7,509 bases of DNA from a virus (IMGVR_UViG_2695420486_000012); one strand, 5' to 3'. Positions 1 through 7,353 are shown, counted from the first letter of the stretch. Notes: generated from the sequence alone by a model not told the origin. A program made the numbers and translations.

Positions 1-3
1 ATT

Positions 4-603
4 ATGCGTAAAGTTTGTGCAGCCATTTTGTCCGCAGCCATCTGTCTGTCCGTATCCGGTGCGCCTGCATGGGCGTCTGAACATCAGTCCACACTGAGCG
101 CGGGGTATCTTCATGCCCGTACGAACGCTCCCGGCAGCGATAATCTGAACGGGATTAACGTGAAATACCGTTATGAGTTTACGGACGCGCTGGGGCTGAT
201 TACGTCCTTCAGTTATGCCAATGCTGAGGATGAGCAAAAAACGCACTACAGCGATACCCGCTGGCATGAAGATTCCGTGCGTAACCGCTGGTTCAGCGTG
301 ATGGCGGGGCCGTCTGTACGCGTGAATGAATGGTTCAGCGCGTATGCGATGGTGGGTGTGGCTTACAGCCGTGTGTCGACTTTCTCCGGGGATTATCTCC
401 GCGTAACTGACAACAAGGGGAAAACGCACGATGTGCTGACCGGAAGTGATGACGGTCGCCACAGCAACACGTCTCTGGCGTGGGGGGCTGGCGTGCAGTT
501 TAACCCGACCGAATCCGTGACCATTGACCTTGCTTATGAAGGTTCCGGTAGTGGTGACTGGCGAACGGATGCATTTATTGTTGGTATCGGATACCGTATC
601 TGA
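4..603 (+). CDS. lom: Lom outer-membrane protein (Ail/Lom/PagC beta-barrel family), prophage lysogenic-conversion gene
   Basis: ORF 4-603, 199 aa, ATG start, TGA stop at 601-603. N-terminal signal peptide MRKVCAAILSAAICLSVSGAPAWA. Near full-length match to phage lambda Lom as recalled from memory (SEHQSTLSAGYLHA...NLNGINVKYRYEF...RWHEDSVRNRWFSVMAGPSVRVNEWFSAYAM). Sits immediately upstream of stf as in lambda. Confidence 0.9.
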   Translation: MRKVCAAILSAAICLSVSGAPAWASEHQSTLSAGYLHARTNAPGSDNLNGINVKYRYEFTDALGLITSFSYANAEDEQKTHYSDTRWHEDSVRNRWFSVMAGPSVRVNEWFSAYAMVGVAYSRVSTFSGDYLRVTDNKGKTHDVLTGSDDGRHSNTSLAWGAGVQFNPTESVTIDLAYEGSGSGDWRTDAFIVGIGYRI

Positions 604-708
604 CAACAGACGCCGATTTATCTTCTGTAAATATTGTTATGATACGCAGGTTCATCCACCTTATGGGGTGAACTGCGTTTGAGGAAACGTAAAGTTACAC
701 TGTCCTGA

Positions 709-741
709 AGCCCGTGGCGTCACTGCTGCGGGCTTTTTTTA
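709..741 (+). terminator. Candidate rho-independent terminator between lom and stf
   Basis: GC-rich dyad agcccg...cgggct (709-714 / 729-734) followed by a run of seven T (734-740), located between the lom stop and the stf RBS (ggtggaaaag, then ATG at 755). The loop is rather long, so strength is uncertain. Confidence 0.45.
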
Positions 742-754
742 TTGGTGGAAAAGT

Positions 755-3511
755 ATGACAGTAAAAATTTCTGGCGTGCTTAAAGATGGCACAGGAAAAC
801 CAGTACAGAACTGCACCATTGTGCTGAAGGCCAGACGAACCAGCAGCACGATGGTGGTGAACACGGTGGCCTCTGAAAATCCGGATGAAGCCGGACGTTA
901 CAGCATGGATGTTGAGCATGGTCAGTACAGCGTCACCCTGCTGGTTGAAGGTTTTCCGCCTTCACATGCCGGGACCATTACCGTCTATGAAGGTTCCAGA
1001 CCAGGTACGCTGAATGATTTTCTCGGTGCCATGACGGAGGATGATGTCCGACCGGAGGCACTGCGCCGCTTTGAGCAGATGGTGGAAGAGGTGTCACGTA
1101 ACGCCTCCGCGGTTGCACAGAATACGGCAGCCGCGAAAAAATCAGCCAGCGAGGCGGCAACTCATGCAACCGATGCTGCAGCCTCAGCACGTGCCGCCAG
1201 CACGTCAGCCGGACAGGCCGCGTCGTCGGCTCAGTCAGCGTCTTCCAGCGCAGGAACGGCATCGACAAAGGCCCGTGAAGCAGCAAAAAGTGCTGCTGCA
1301 GAGTCATCAAAAAGCGCGGCAGCTACCAGCGCCAGTGCCGCGAAAACGTCAGAAACGAATGCCGCAGCATCACAAAAATCGGCAGCCACTTCTGCATCCA
1401 CAGCGACCACGAAGGCGTCAGAAGCTGCCACCTCGGCACGGGGTGCGGCGGCCTCAAAAGAGGCAGCGAAATCTTCAGAAACGAATGCATCATCAAGTGC
1501 CAGTAGTGCAGCTTCCTCGGCAACGGCGGCAGGAAATTCCGCGAAGGCGGCAAAAACGTCCGAGACGAACGCTAAGTCTTCTGAAACAGCAGCGGGACAG
1601 AGCGCCTCAGCTGCGGCAGGTTCAAAAACAGCGGCTGCATTATCTGCCAGTGCCGCGTCAACAAGTGCCGGGCAGGCCTCAGCCAGTGCCACCGCCGCCG
1701 GAAAATCGGCAGAAAGCGCCGCATCATCCGCTTCAACAGCCACAACGAAGGCTGGCAAAGCCACTGAGCAAGCCACTGCAGCAGCGAGGTCTGCTTCTGC
1801 AGCAAAAACCTCTGAAACAAATGCAAAGACTTCAGCAGACAATGCTGCTTCCTCTAAGGCAGCAGCCGCATCGTCAGCCAGTTCAGCGGCGTCATCGGCA
1901 TCATCTGCGTCTGCTTCAAAAGATGAGGCGACCAGACAAGCGTCAGCAGCGAAAGGTAGTGCCACGACAGCAACAACGAAAGCATCAGAGGCGGCAGGCA
2001 GTGCGACGGCTGCATCTCAGAGCAAAGTTGCTGCTGAATCCGCGGCAACGCGCGCCGAGACAGCAGCAAAACGGGCAGAGGATATTGCATCCGCCGTGGC
2101 GCTGGAGGATGCGAGCACGACGAAAAAGGGGATAGTACAGCTCAGCAGTGCGACCAACAGCACTTCCGAGTCACTGGCGGCAACGCCAAAAGCGGTTAAG
2201 GCGGTAATGGGTGAAACGAACAAGAAAGCGCCCTTAAATAGTCCTGCACTGACCGGAACGCCAACAACACCAACTGCGCGACAGGGAACGAATAATACCC
2301 AAATCGCAAGCACGGCTTTCGTTATGGCTGCGATTGCCGCCCTTGTAGATTCGTCACCTGATGCACTGAACACGCTGAACGAGCTGGCTGCGGCGCTGGG
2401 CAACGACCCGAATTTTGCGACCACCATGACTAACGCGCTTGCGGGTAAGCAACCGAAAGATGCCACCCTGACGGCGCTGGCCGGACTTACTACTGCGGCA
2501 GGCAAGTTTCCGTATTTTACGGGGAATGATGTCGCCAGCCTGGCAACCCTGACAAAAGTCGGGCGGGATATTCTTGCGAAATCGACCGTTGCCGCCGTTA
2601 TCGAATACCTCGGTTTACAGGAAACGGTAAACAAGGCTGGTAACGCCGTTCAGCGTTCCGGCGATAAAATGACCGGAGAACTGAAAATTGGCACGGTGAA
2701 TGCGCTGCGAATTTTCAATGATACCTTCGGTCTAATTTTCCGTCGTTCAGAAGATTTTCTTCATTTCATTCCGACGGCTGAAGGACAAGGCGAAAACGGT
2801 AATATCGGCCCATTAAGGCCATTCGCTATAAATCTGAGAACAGGTGCTATATCTGTCAGCCACGGGGCCAAAATTAAAGGAGGTCTAGCTATTGGAGCTA
2901 CTGATAACGCACTGGGTGAAAACTCCATTGTTCTGGGAGATAACGACACCGGATTTAGGCAAGATGGAGATGGTATTATTAGCTTCTATTCAAATGGTTC
3001 GCGCATCGGACATATTGATGAGTTAGGATTACATCTTTATAAAGATATTGAATCTAATGGCAGCAATTTTAGATTAAAAAGTAATTACCGCCACCACATT
3101 ACATTCGCCAACGAAGACGGAAGAATTCGTATGTTTTTGTGGAAAGATAACGGTGGTGATGGTGTTCATATTAATAACGGTTCAGATGGTGGTGGTGATT
3201 TCATTTTTAAAACAGATGGGGGATTTGCGCTGGGAAGTGGTGCGCAAGTTGCGTCTAGTGGCGATATTTATGGTTCAGTGTGGGAAAACAACTGGTTAAG
3301 CACATGGCTGCATAATCATGTCGTTCGGGATATTCGTCTTGGCAGCATTGAATATAAAAACGTATGGCGCGACTACGGCTTTGGCGATGCGTCAGGTTAT
3401 GTTTTAACAGCCGCAATTAACAGCAATGCGGATGATATTGTCGACACTGTTGCCAGAAGGCCAATTCAGAAATTGATTGGGGGAATATGGTACAACGTGG
3501 GGAGTGTTTAA
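755..3511 (+). CDS. stf: Side tail fibre protein: lambda-Stf-like constant N-terminal part joined to a variable C-terminal host-range domain
   Basis: ORF 755-3511, 918 aa. The N-terminal ~600 aa closely match lambda Stf as recalled ([22 protein letters not shown]..., [66 protein letters not shown]). The central part is an Ala/Ser/Thr-rich repeat region. The C-terminal ~300 aa after the conserved VIEYLGL junction differ from lambda and include a [14 protein letters not shown] motif also present in the - strand stf' segment. Confidence 0.9.
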   Translation: MTVKISGVLKDGTGKPVQNCTIVLKARRTSSTMVVNTVASENPDEAGRYSMDVEHGQYSVTLLVEGFPPSHAGTITVYEGSRPGTLNDFLGAMTEDDVRPEALRRFEQMVEEVSRNASAVAQNTAAAKKSASEAATHATDAAASARAASTSAGQAASSAQSASSSAGTASTKAREAAKSAAAESSKSAAATSASAAKTSETNAAASQKSAATSASTATTKASEAATSARGAAASKEAAKSSETNASSSASSAASSATAAGNSAKAAKTSETNAKSSETAAGQSASAAAGSKTAAALSASAASTSAGQASASATAAGKSAESAASSASTATTKAGKATEQATAAARSASAAKTSETNAKTSADNAASSKAAAASSASSAASSASSASASKDEATRQASAAKGSATTATTKASEAAGSATAASQSKVAAESAATRAETAAKRAEDIASAVALEDASTTKKGIVQLSSATNSTSESLAATPKAVKAVMGETNKKAPLNSPALTGTPTTPTARQGTNNTQIASTAFVMAAIAALVDSSPDALNTLNELAAALGNDPNFATTMTNALAGKQPKDATLTALAGLTTAAGKFPYFTGNDVASLATLTKVGRDILAKSTVAAVIEYLGLQETVNKAGNAVQRSGDKMTGELKIGTVNALRIFNDTFGLIFRRSEDFLHFIPTAEGQGENGNIGPLRPFAINLRTGAISVSHGAKIKGGLAIGATDNALGENSIVLGDNDTGFRQDGDGIISFYSNGSRIGHIDELGLHLYKDIESNGSNFRLKSNYRHHITFANEDGRIRMFLWKDNGGDGVHINNGSDGGGDFIFKTDGGFALGSGAQVASSGDIYGSVWENNWLSTWLHNHVVRDIRLGSIEYKNVWRDYGFGDASGYVLTAAINSNADDIVDTVARRPIQKLIGGIWYNVGSV
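1100..2100 (+). repeat. Low-complexity Ala/Ser/Thr-rich repeat region inside stf (reiterated KTSETNA-type units)
   Basis: Protein-level repeats [12 protein letters not shown] / [11 protein letters not shown] / [15 protein letters not shown] / [15 protein letters not shown], with DNA-level reiteration of aaaacgtcagaaacgaatgc-like units near 1343, 1470, 1553 and 1805. This region produces long spurious ORFs in other frames on both strands. Confidence 0.7.
2598..2623. other. Candidate 26-bp invertase crossover site (pixL, gix/cix/hix-like) inside stf at the constant/variable junction
   Basis: TTATCGAATACC-TC-GGTTTACAGGAA. The right half GGTTTACAGGAA matches the gix/hix-type half-site as recalled. 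It encodes the conserved VIEYLGLQE junction. An inverted partner lies at 7037-7062 (22/26 identical when reverse-complemented). The central dinucleotide TC is at 2610-2611. Confidence 0.6.
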
Positions 3512-3512
3512 G

Positions 3513-4040
3513 ATGATGCACCTGAAAAATATTAAGGCCGGGAATCCGAAAACACCGGAACAATACCAGCTAACTAAAAAAGCGGGCGTGGTATGGCTCT
3601 TTTGCGAAGATGGCAAAAACTGGTATGAGGAACAAAAGAATTTTCAGCCAGACACCATAAAAATTGCTTACGATGAGAACAACATCATCGTTGCTGTCAG
3701 TAAAGACGTTTCAACTATTAATCCTGAAGGGCTAAGCATAGTTGAAGTTCCTGATATTACGGCAAATCGTCACGCAGACAATAACGGAAAATGGATGTTT
3801 CTGGATGGTAAAGTAGTAAAGAGGGAATATACAGAACAGGAACTGCAACAACAGGCCGAATCACAAAAGGCCGCATTGCTTTCCGAAGCTGAATCAGTCA
3901 TCCAGCCGCTGGAACGCGCTGTCAGGCTGAATATGGCGACGGACGAGGAACGCACACGACTGGAAGCATGGGAACGCTACAGTGTTCTGGTCAGCCGTGT
4001 GGATACGGCAAAGCCAGAATGGCCACAAAAGCCTGAGTAA
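3513..4040 (+). CDS. tfa: Tail fibre assembly protein (Tfa chaperone) paired with the expressed stf variable domain
   Basis: The ORF track calls 3477-4040, but that start overlaps stf. The preferred start is ATG ATG at 3513/3516, preceded by ggggag at 3499-3504 and overlapping the stf stop (taa 3509-3511). The C-terminus [25 protein letters not shown] resembles the lambda Tfa C-terminus (EAWKKYRVLLNRVDTS..EWP). The N-terminus is homologous to the - strand tfa' (MxHLKNIxAGNPKTxEQYQLTK...EDGKNW). Confidence 0.85.
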   Translation: MMHLKNIKAGNPKTPEQYQLTKKAGVVWLFCEDGKNWYEEQKNFQPDTIKIAYDENNIIVAVSKDVSTINPEGLSIVEVPDITANRHADNNGKWMFLDGKVVKREYTEQELQQQAESQKAALLSEAESVIQPLERAVRLNMATDEERTRLEAWERYSVLVSRVDTAKPEWPQKPE

Positions 4041-4045
4041 AAATT

Positions 4046-4065
4046 AAGGCCCGATATCGGGCCTT
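4046..4065. terminator. Perfect 20-bp palindrome, candidate bidirectional terminator at the convergent tfa / tfa' 3' ends
   Basis: aaggcccgatatcgggcctt is its own reverse complement. It lies 5 bp after the tfa stop, flanked by aaaatt on one side and gtttcatt on the other. Confidence 0.5.
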
Positions 4066-4068
4066 GTT

Positions 4069-4199
4069 TCATTCTGGTTGTTCGGGAAACGTTACTGGCA
4101 GGCTGGAGGTGTCTGTGGATTCGACCTTCTGCGCATAGAGCATCCACTCGGTTAATTTTTGTTTATTCTCGTCGGAAATAATGCCCAGCCGTAGCTGTG
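4069..4199 (-). pseudogene. 3' fragment (~43 codons) of a tfa'-type gene, truncated by the IS element
   Basis: The region 4069-4199 is ~94% identical to 5592-5722, the 3' end of the intact - strand tfa', offset 1523 bp. The homology stops exactly at the IS terminus at 4200. Confidence 0.6.
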
Positions 4200-4242
4200 T
4201 GAGGTGTACTGGCAATAGCGGACACTACCATTTGTTCTTTTT

Positions 4243-5061
4243 TTAAGCAGCCATCTGATGATATTTTTCCCTGAAGGCTGCCGGGGAGATATTCCCCAGA
4301 CGAGAGTGACGACGCTGACGATTGTAGAAAATCTCAATGTATTCCCGTATTACTGAGATGGCTTCATCCCGGTTATTAAAACGATAGTGGCTCAGGCTCT
4401 CATTTTTCAGCGTTCCCCAGAAGCTTTCCATCGGAGCGTTGTCGTAACAGTTACCTTTACGCGACATTGATGTTTTCAGACCAGACTGCTCCTGTATGAC
4501 CCGGTAATCGTATGCGCAGTACTGTGAACCTCGATCAGAGTGGTGGATTAGCCCGGCAGGTGGGCGCTGGCTCCTGAGCGCCATAAACAGGGCTTTACCT
4601 GTCAGCTCTTTTGTCATGCGCTCTCCCATGGCGTAGCCGACAATTTCGCACGTATAAACATCTTTGATGCCAGCGAGGTACAACCATCCCTCCTGTGTGG
4701 CAACATACGTCAGGTCCGCCACCCAGACCTGATTTGGTGCTGTAGGAGCGAACGTCTGGTTCAGCAGATTTGGCGCAACTGGCAGATTGTGGTTCGAGTT
4801 CGTAGTCGCTCTGAACTTGCGTTTCTGCTTACAGCGTAGCCTTAGCTCCTTACGAAGACGTGCCAGTCGGTCACGACCAACGATGATGCCATTCTCTGCC
4901 AGCTCCGTCTGGAGCCGCCGGGTTCCATATGTTTCGCGAGTGCGGATATGTGCCACCTTAATCTCCAGTTTTAGCCGCTCATCACTTTGTTTTCTGTCTG
5001 AGGGTTCATGCTGTACCCAGTTGTAATAACCGCTCCTGGATACACCAAATACCTGACACAT
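4243..5061 (-). CDS. IS3-family transposase OrfB (DDE integrase domain); in vivo the C-terminal part of an OrfAB fusion made by -1 frameshifting
   Basis: 272-aa ORF with rve-type motifs (HSDRGSQY, NAPMESFWGTLK, FYNRQRRHSRLG). The open frame extends upstream to 5160, in the -1 frame relative to orfA. Confidence 0.85.
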   Translation of the reverse strand: MCQVFGVSRSGYYNWVQHEPSDRKQSDERLKLEIKVAHIRTRETYGTRRLQTELAENGIIVGRDRLARLRKELRLRCKQKRKFRATTNSNHNLPVAPNLLNQTFAPTAPNQVWVADLTYVATQEGWLYLAGIKDVYTCEIVGYAMGERMTKELTGKALFMALRSQRPPAGLIHHSDRGSQYCAYDYRVIQEQSGLKTSMSRKGNCYDNAPMESFWGTLKNESLSHYRFNNRDEAISVIREYIEIFYNRQRRHSRLGNISPAAFREKYHQMAA

Positions 5062-5096
5062 CGCTTCAATGGGAAATTGTTGTCGCCATTGTTCGA

Positions 5097-5399
5097 TTAA
5101 CGCGTATTTTTCAGCGACTCCTGTGCAAAATACGCTGTTGCTTTTTTTAATATATCTCGCTCAAGGCGAGCTTCATTTAACGCCTTACGCAGTTGCAGAA
5201 TTTCAGATTCCAGTTCAGCCACCGTGCGGGAACCAGGAGTACCGAGCCCTTTTCTGGCGGCGGTAACCCATTGTCCTAAAGTGCCTTCAGGAAGAGATAA
5301 TCGGGAAGCGCCTTCACTGATCGAAAGTTGATTTTCAAGAACCGTTCTGACAGCTTCGGCTTTGAACTCTTTAGAGTAACGTTGGGTTTTTCTGCTCAT
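5097..5399 (-). CDS. IS3-family transposase OrfA (helix-turn-helix / leucine-zipper DNA-binding subunit)
   Basis: 100-aa [23 protein letters not shown]...[15 protein letters not shown]. aggag Shine-Dalgarno (reverse complement of 5403-5407) upstream of ATG (reverse complement of 5397-5399). Ends just past the slippery heptamer. Confidence 0.85.
   Translation of the reverse strand: MSRKTQRYSKEFKAEAVRTVLENQLSISEGASRLSLPEGTLGQWVTAARKGLGTPGSRTVAELESEILQLRKALNEARLERDILKKATAYFAQESLKNTR
5142..5148 (-). other. Programmed -1 ribosomal frameshift site (A AAA AAA G) joining orfA to orfB
   Basis: A run of seven T on the + strand (5142-5148) is A7 followed by G on the coding strand. The orfA frame reads ILKKAT. 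The -1 frame continues [37 protein letters not shown] into OrfB. Confidence 0.55.
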
Positions 5400-5464
5400 T
5401 ATTAGCTCCTTCTGATGCCATTCTATTTCAGGAAGGAGTGTCCGTTAAACTCAGGCTACCTCAA

Positions 5465-5563
5465 GACGAGGAACGCACACGACTGGAAGCATGGGAACGC
5501 TACAGTGTTCTGGTCAGCCGTGTGGATACGGCAAATCCTGAATGGCCACAAAAGCCTGAATAA
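5465..5563 (+). pseudogene. 3' fragment (32 codons plus stop) of a tfa gene abutting the IS element
   Basis: Encodes [32 protein letters not shown], 96/100 nt identical to tfa 3942-4040. The homology begins immediately at the IS boundary (5464/5465). Confidence 0.65.
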
Positions 5564-5568
5564 AAATT

Positions 5569-5588
5569 AAGGCCCGATAGCGGGCCTT
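5569..5588. terminator. Second copy of the palindromic bidirectional terminator (one mismatch in the loop)
   Basis: aaggcccgatagcgggcctt. Lies between the tfa 3' fragment and the stop of tfa' (reverse complement of 5592-5594). Confidence 0.5.
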
Positions 5589-5591
5589 CTC

Positions 5592-6125
5592 TCATTCTGG
5601 TTGTTCGGGAAACGTTACTGGCAGGCTGGAGGTGTCTGTGGATTCAACCTTCTGCGCATAGAGCATCCACTCGGTTAATTTTTGTTTATTCTCATCGGAA
5701 ATGATGCCCAGCTGTAGCTGAGAGTCCCACAGCTGGGTTTTATCCCTGACGAGCTGCAGCAGGCTCTGCTTTTCATTTTCCGCTTGTTGCCTTTGCTCTT
5801 CCTCGGTATAAGTTCGCTTTATCACCGCACCATCTTTGAACATCCAGTTGCCCGAAATATCAGCCCGGCGATTTGCTGTAATATCAGGCAACTCAACGAC
5901 ACTTAAACCTTCTGGATTAATTGCTGATACATCCTTGTCTATAGCAATAATTATTCCCTCAACTGTGTAAGCCAGTTTTATTGTATCCTCCTGAAAGTTT
6001 TTTAATTCCTCATGCCAATTTTTTCCATCTTCGGACCATAACCAGATAACATCAAAATTCTTTGTTAGCTGGTATTGTTCAACGGTTTTTGGATTACCTG
6101 CGACAATGTTTTTTAAATGCTGCAT
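5592..6125 (-). CDS. tfa: Tail fibre assembly protein of the alternative (silent-orientation) cassette
   Basis: 177-aa [40 protein letters not shown]... The N-terminal half is homologous to + strand Tfa and the C-terminal half diverges. The ATG lies 2 nt after the taa that ends the stf' frame, the same arrangement as stf/tfa on the + strand. Confidence 0.85.
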   Translation of the reverse strand: MQHLKNIVAGNPKTVEQYQLTKNFDVIWLWSEDGKNWHEELKNFQEDTIKLAYTVEGIIIAIDKDVSAINPEGLSVVELPDITANRRADISGNWMFKDGAVIKRTYTEEEQRQQAENEKQSLLQLVRDKTQLWDSQLQLGIISDENKQKLTEWMLYAQKVESTDTSSLPVTFPEQPE

Positions 6126-6127
6126 GA

Positions 6128-7048
6128 TTATACCTGCGATACGTTATACCATGTTCCGTTAATTAACTTTTGTATTGGTCTGAATACTGCCGGATCATCA
6201 CCATCGACTTCACCGATAATACCAAGCCCCGTGATTACATGGCCTGATTTTTCATACATCACGCCTTTCTTCATGGTCTAAACAACTCGTGTGCCAAGTC
6301 TGACATCTCTCACATAGCGGGAATCAAAGTTACCGTAATCCGAGGGATTAACACGTCCCGTAATATTTATGGTTTTATTACTTTGAATGCTTCCGGAGAC
6401 AAAGCGCATAACATGGACGTTATTAGCATAAACATCCAGATTACCATCGCCTTTTTGTTTAAAGCCCGTGTCATTATCACCCAATACAATCGAATTACCG
6501 CCAAGAGCACTGGATGTTCCGATACCCAGTGCACCATTCAGTTGACCACCAGATAACGGCAGTGCACCAACATCTCCTGCTGAAGGTTTTCTGGTGGTGT
6601 AAAATTCGGACCAGTCGGCTTCAAAACCATAACCATCACGGGCTGAACGATAAAAAATACCGCCATTTTTATAATTAATCCGAAACTGAGCTGCAGGACA
6701 ACTTCCTTCTCCCATATAAAAATGAATAATTAACGTTGATGCACCACTAATAGTTGCGTTATAGGCTCCGCTACTCCAGTTCCATCCAACTGCTTTATCA
6801 TTCGCAACGGTGCTTCCTGTTTTCCCTAAGGCAAACGCACCAACATGACTTGCTTTTAATGTGATATCGGAGGAACCATCAAAAGCCACATTGCTTATTT
6901 TCCTGGCAGTTTTTAATTTTGCAGCTGTAGAAGCATTGCCGGATAGTTCACCAGAAAGGCCACCGCTGAATGTTTGTCGATTAGTCCAGGTATTCGCTGT
7001 ACTGAGTAACGGTATTTTCTCCCCGCTTGTGCCGAGTTCTCGTAAACC
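6128..7048 (-). pseudogene. Alternative tail-fibre C-terminal variable segment (stf', promoterless and lacking its own N-terminus), interrupted by an in-frame TAG
   Basis: The - strand frame is open from the pixR crossover site (7048) to a TAG at 6278-6280 (GLRELGTSGEKIPLLSTANTWTNRQTFSGGLSGELSG...[20 protein letters not shown]...YVRDVRLGTRVV*). The same frame then continues for 49 codons (TMKKGVMYEKSG...[20 protein letters not shown]) to a taa at 6128-6130. That tail is homologous to the Stf C-terminus ...[19 protein letters not shown]. The frame would be continuous with the stf constant part after inversion at pixL/pixR. Confidence 0.65.
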
Positions 7049-7062
7049 GAGGTTTTAGATAA
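7037..7062. other. Candidate 26-bp invertase crossover site (pixR), inverted relative to pixL
   Basis: TTCTCGTAAACC-GA-GGTTTTAGATAA, about 23/26 match to the gix-type consensus TTCCTGTAAACCGAGGTTTTGGATAA as recalled. Located ~55 bp upstream of the pin start, as in Gin/Cin/Pin systems. Confidence 0.6.
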
Positions 7063-7116
7063 TGGCGGTTTCTGGCCTGCATGGCATGATTTGTGCTTTT
7101 GGACGGGAGATTCAGC

Positions 7117-7353
7117 GTGCTGATTGGCTATGTAAGGGTATCAACAAATGACCAGAATACAGACCTGCAACGAAACGCTCTTGTTTGTGCAGGATATGAA
7201 CAAATATTTGAAGATAAATTAAGCGGAACAAGGACAGGCCGACCTGGATTAAAACGTGCTTTAAAGCGCCTTCAAAAAGGTGACGCACTGGTTGTCTGAA
7301 AACTGGACTGACTGGGTCACTGTATGCGGCATCTTGTCGTGCTGGTGGTGGAA
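7117..7353 (+). pseudogene. pin: Pin/Gin/Cin/Hin-family serine DNA invertase, 5' portion only; in-frame TGA after codon 60, second TGA four codons later, 3' two-thirds missing
   Basis: GTG at 7117 preceded by gggaga (7104-7109). Encodes MLIGYVRVSTNDQNTDLQRNALVCAGYEQIFEDKLSGTRTGRPGLKRALKRLQKGDALVV, which matches the invertase N-terminus including the catalytic Ser in YVRVSTNDQ. Then TGA (7297-7299) where the family has Trp. The same frame reads KLD*LGHCMRHLVVLVVE, recognisably the VVWKLDRLGRSMKHLISLVGE region. The resolvase-fold remainder and the C-terminal HTH are absent. Confidence 0.75.

Larger units (their letters stand above)
4200..5463 (-). mobile_element. IS3-family insertion sequence, IS600-like, 1264 bp, complete
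   Basis: Terminal inverted repeats TGAGGTGTACTGG (4200-4212) and CCAGGCTACCTCA-type end at 5451-5463 (reverse complement TGAGGTAGCCTGA). Two overlapping - strand ORFs (100 aa and 272 aa) with an A7G slippery site between them. The OrfA and OrfB sequences match IS600 as I recall it, and the length equals the IS600 size I remember (1264 bp). No flanking 3-bp target duplication (gtg on the left, aga on the right). Confidence 0.85.

Noticed and set aside
1231-1965. 244-aa - strand ORF rich in Ala/Asp/Glu
   Set aside because: Antisense to the stf repeat region. The open frame is explained by the repetitive GCN-rich codons of stf and there is no start context.
695-2090. Several small - strand ORFs (695-919, 978-1310, 1323-1553, 1572-1826, 1854-2090)
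   Set aside because: All overlap stf on the opposite strand or out of frame. Short, with no recognisable motifs.
1041-2135. 364-aa + strand ORF rich in Arg/Pro/Gln
   Set aside because: Lies entirely inside stf in a different frame across the GC-rich Ala/Ser repeat region. The low-complexity, highly basic translation is typical of an alternative-frame artefact, and stf in the main frame has strong homology.
2017-2634. 205-aa - strand ORF
   Set aside because: Antisense to the well-supported stf coding sequence, with no independent support.
3477-3512. Upstream start (3477) proposed for tfa by the ORF track
   Set aside because: It would overlap the last 35 nt of stf and lacks an RBS. ATG ATG at 3513/3516 sits right after a ggggag Shine-Dalgarno and matches the N-terminus of tfa' (MxHLKNI).
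2761-3955. Small - strand ORFs at 2761-2949, 3404-3616 and 3770-3955
   Set aside because: Antisense to the stf variable domain and to tfa, and likely spurious.
4152-4337. 61-aa - strand ORF spanning the IS terminus
   Set aside because: Crosses the IS inverted repeat and the flanking tfa' fragment. It is a junction artefact and not a gene.
4787-5266. + strand ORFs (4787-5026, 5069-5266) inside the IS element
   Set aside because: Antisense to the transposase ORFs and not known components of IS3-family elements.
4200-5463. 3-bp target-site duplication flanking the IS element
   Set aside because: Looked for it and it is absent (gtg versus aga). Interpreted as evidence for recombination rather than simple insertion (see findings).
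2920-6540. Shared [13 protein letters not shown] motif in stf (about 2920-2960) and stf' (about 6480-6530) as a possible internal recombination site
   Set aside because: Conservation is at the protein level only and the DNA is substantially diverged, so it reflects a shared fold rather than a recombination site.
6861-7058. 65-aa + strand ORF
   Set aside because: Antisense to the stf' variable segment and overlapping pixR, with no support.
2598-7062. Shufflon (Rci tyrosine-recombinase multi-inversion system) or diversity-generating retroelement acting on the tail fibre
   Set aside because: Only two crossover sites are present and the adjacent recombinase is a serine invertase, so it is not a shufflon. 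No reverse transcriptase ORF or template/variable repeat pair with adenine-specific differences is present, so it is not a DGR.
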